Assembly: GCA_024704765.1 (NCBI GenBank)
Contig: JAKMXF010000299.1
Coordinates: 878,556 to 942,555 of the forward strand
DNA length: 64,000 nucleotides
Source of the DNA: Oopsacas minuta
Taxonomy: Eukaryota; Animalia; Porifera
Reading direction: 5' to 3'
Positions 62,860 to 64,000 of this stretch are shown here, piece after piece. A program made the position numbers and the translations under genes. The notes under the pieces are model-generated. The model ran no database searches and was not told where the DNA came from. It saw nothing but the letters and a program-made list of their open reading frames with translations. How positions within the stretch are numbered: the stretch's first letter is position 1; each line of letters opens with the position of its first letter.

Positions 62860-64000
62860 ATGGAATACAAATTCGCAGATTATCGACGCCAGAATGGAAG
62901 GATTTTCAAACTCCAGATGGTCAGAAATATTACAAGTCTAAAGTTAGAGAAAATAATGTTTATCTAAGATGTGTTCTTTACAGAAATGGATGTAATGCTA
63001 TTGCGAGGTTAAATCTAGTCTCAAATATAATTACTCCTGCTATAAACCATAATCATGGCATCATAGAATATCAGTATGACGTCTATGAATTAGAATCAAA
63101 ATGTAAGAATCGTGCACGGAACTCACAGGATAACCTTAGAAAAATTTTCGATGACGTAAATCGTGAAGATGCTGCAGCGTTTCATGTGTCGTTTACTGAA
63201 TGCGAATCCTCAATGTATCGTTCGAGGAGAGAATTGCAACCAAAGATTCCAACATCTCCTGCAGAAATTTCTGATATGTTGCCAAATTTAACATATGGAG
63301 CGTTTTATAGATGTACTGTCTCTATCAATGACCACACGCCTATCATATTTTTCTCACAGAATATCCGAACATTTTACCTCAAATAACCAACATCTAGTTT
63401 GATGGAACATTTTATACCGTTCCAGTCTTTTTACCAGCTTTGGACTATATTTCTGACTGTTGATCGACATGCTTTACCGGGCATACACTGTCTATGACTG
63501 GTAAGAATGAAGAACTATACAAAGCAATACTAATTCACATACGTCAACTTCAACCCACTACATCCATGTCCGATTGGGAAGCTGCTCCTCGTAAGGCTCT
63601 GAAAGAACTCTTTCCTAATATAAACTGTTTGAATGCTGGTTTCATTTTACGCAGCGAATATAGTATAAAACTCAGGAACTGGGACTTAAAGAGAGTTTTA
63701 AAGATAATATAGAAGTTGTAAGATATATACGTCAATTAATTAGCATTCCATTCCTTCCAGCTAGTCTCGTCCATCCAACCTACACACTACTTCAATTTCC
63801 TGCGACTATCATACCTACAGAAGCAATGAAATTGGAGAAACTAAACTTACTTCAAAAAGAGATGGATAACCCATGTGTCAACCCAGAAGAATTATCAATT
63901 TTTGACTCAAAATTTAGACAAATAATGGAGCTGAATTTTACCACGCAAGGCTTAAGGATAGAATTAGGGCTAATCACCCCAGAATATGGAGTTTTATGAC
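62860..64000 (+). pseudogene. MULE (Mutator-like) transposase with FLYWCH-like zinc finger, decayed, runs off the window
   Basis: YLRCVLYRNGCNA...HNH, (F)DGTFYTVP...YQLWTI, CLMTGKNEELY, SMSDWEAAPRKA and CWFHF across frameshifts. Confidence 0.85.

Noticed and set aside
1094-63735. Most short ORFs in the supplied track (antisense or off-frame)
   Set aside because: They are shadows of transposase frames or of repeats and microsatellites, with no independent coding evidence.

Overview
AT-rich (about one-third GC) eukaryotic, animal-like DNA made up mostly of DNA transposons and their relics. Recognisable groups are Tc1/mariner (four DD37D maT-type copies, two or three mariner copies, pogo/Tigger derivatives), hAT (Buster, SPIN/GTF2IRD2-like, P52rIPK/ZMYM-like, BED-type), PIF/Harbinger, Merlin, two Mutator-like relics, Helitron-like non-autonomous repeats and many MITEs, often nested. 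I recognise three host genes: (1) a cytidine deaminase on the minus strand, rebuilt from two exons (16513-16716 and 2168-2353) split by a 14,159-bp TE-filled intron; (2) an intronless Elongin A (19337-20545, minus); (3) the first coding exon of ABHD17 (57586-57815, plus). A candidate two-helix small ORF lies 122 bp upstream of Elongin A. The strongest oddities are: a perfect 545-bp inverted repeat inside two otherwise diverged tail-to-tail copies of an HHCC-zinc-finger gene relic; a cytidine deaminase with an altered ribose-binding motif and a stop codon just before its conserved C-terminal aromatic residue; and splice-acceptor-like AG sites 5-13 nt upstream of all four host or candidate start codons, compatible with spliced-leader trans-splicing and an operon-like layout. 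The compact, intron-poor genes and the transposon mix remind me of glass-sponge genomes, but this is an unverified impression. I found no rRNA, tRNA or CRISPR array. All alignments and counts were done by eye.
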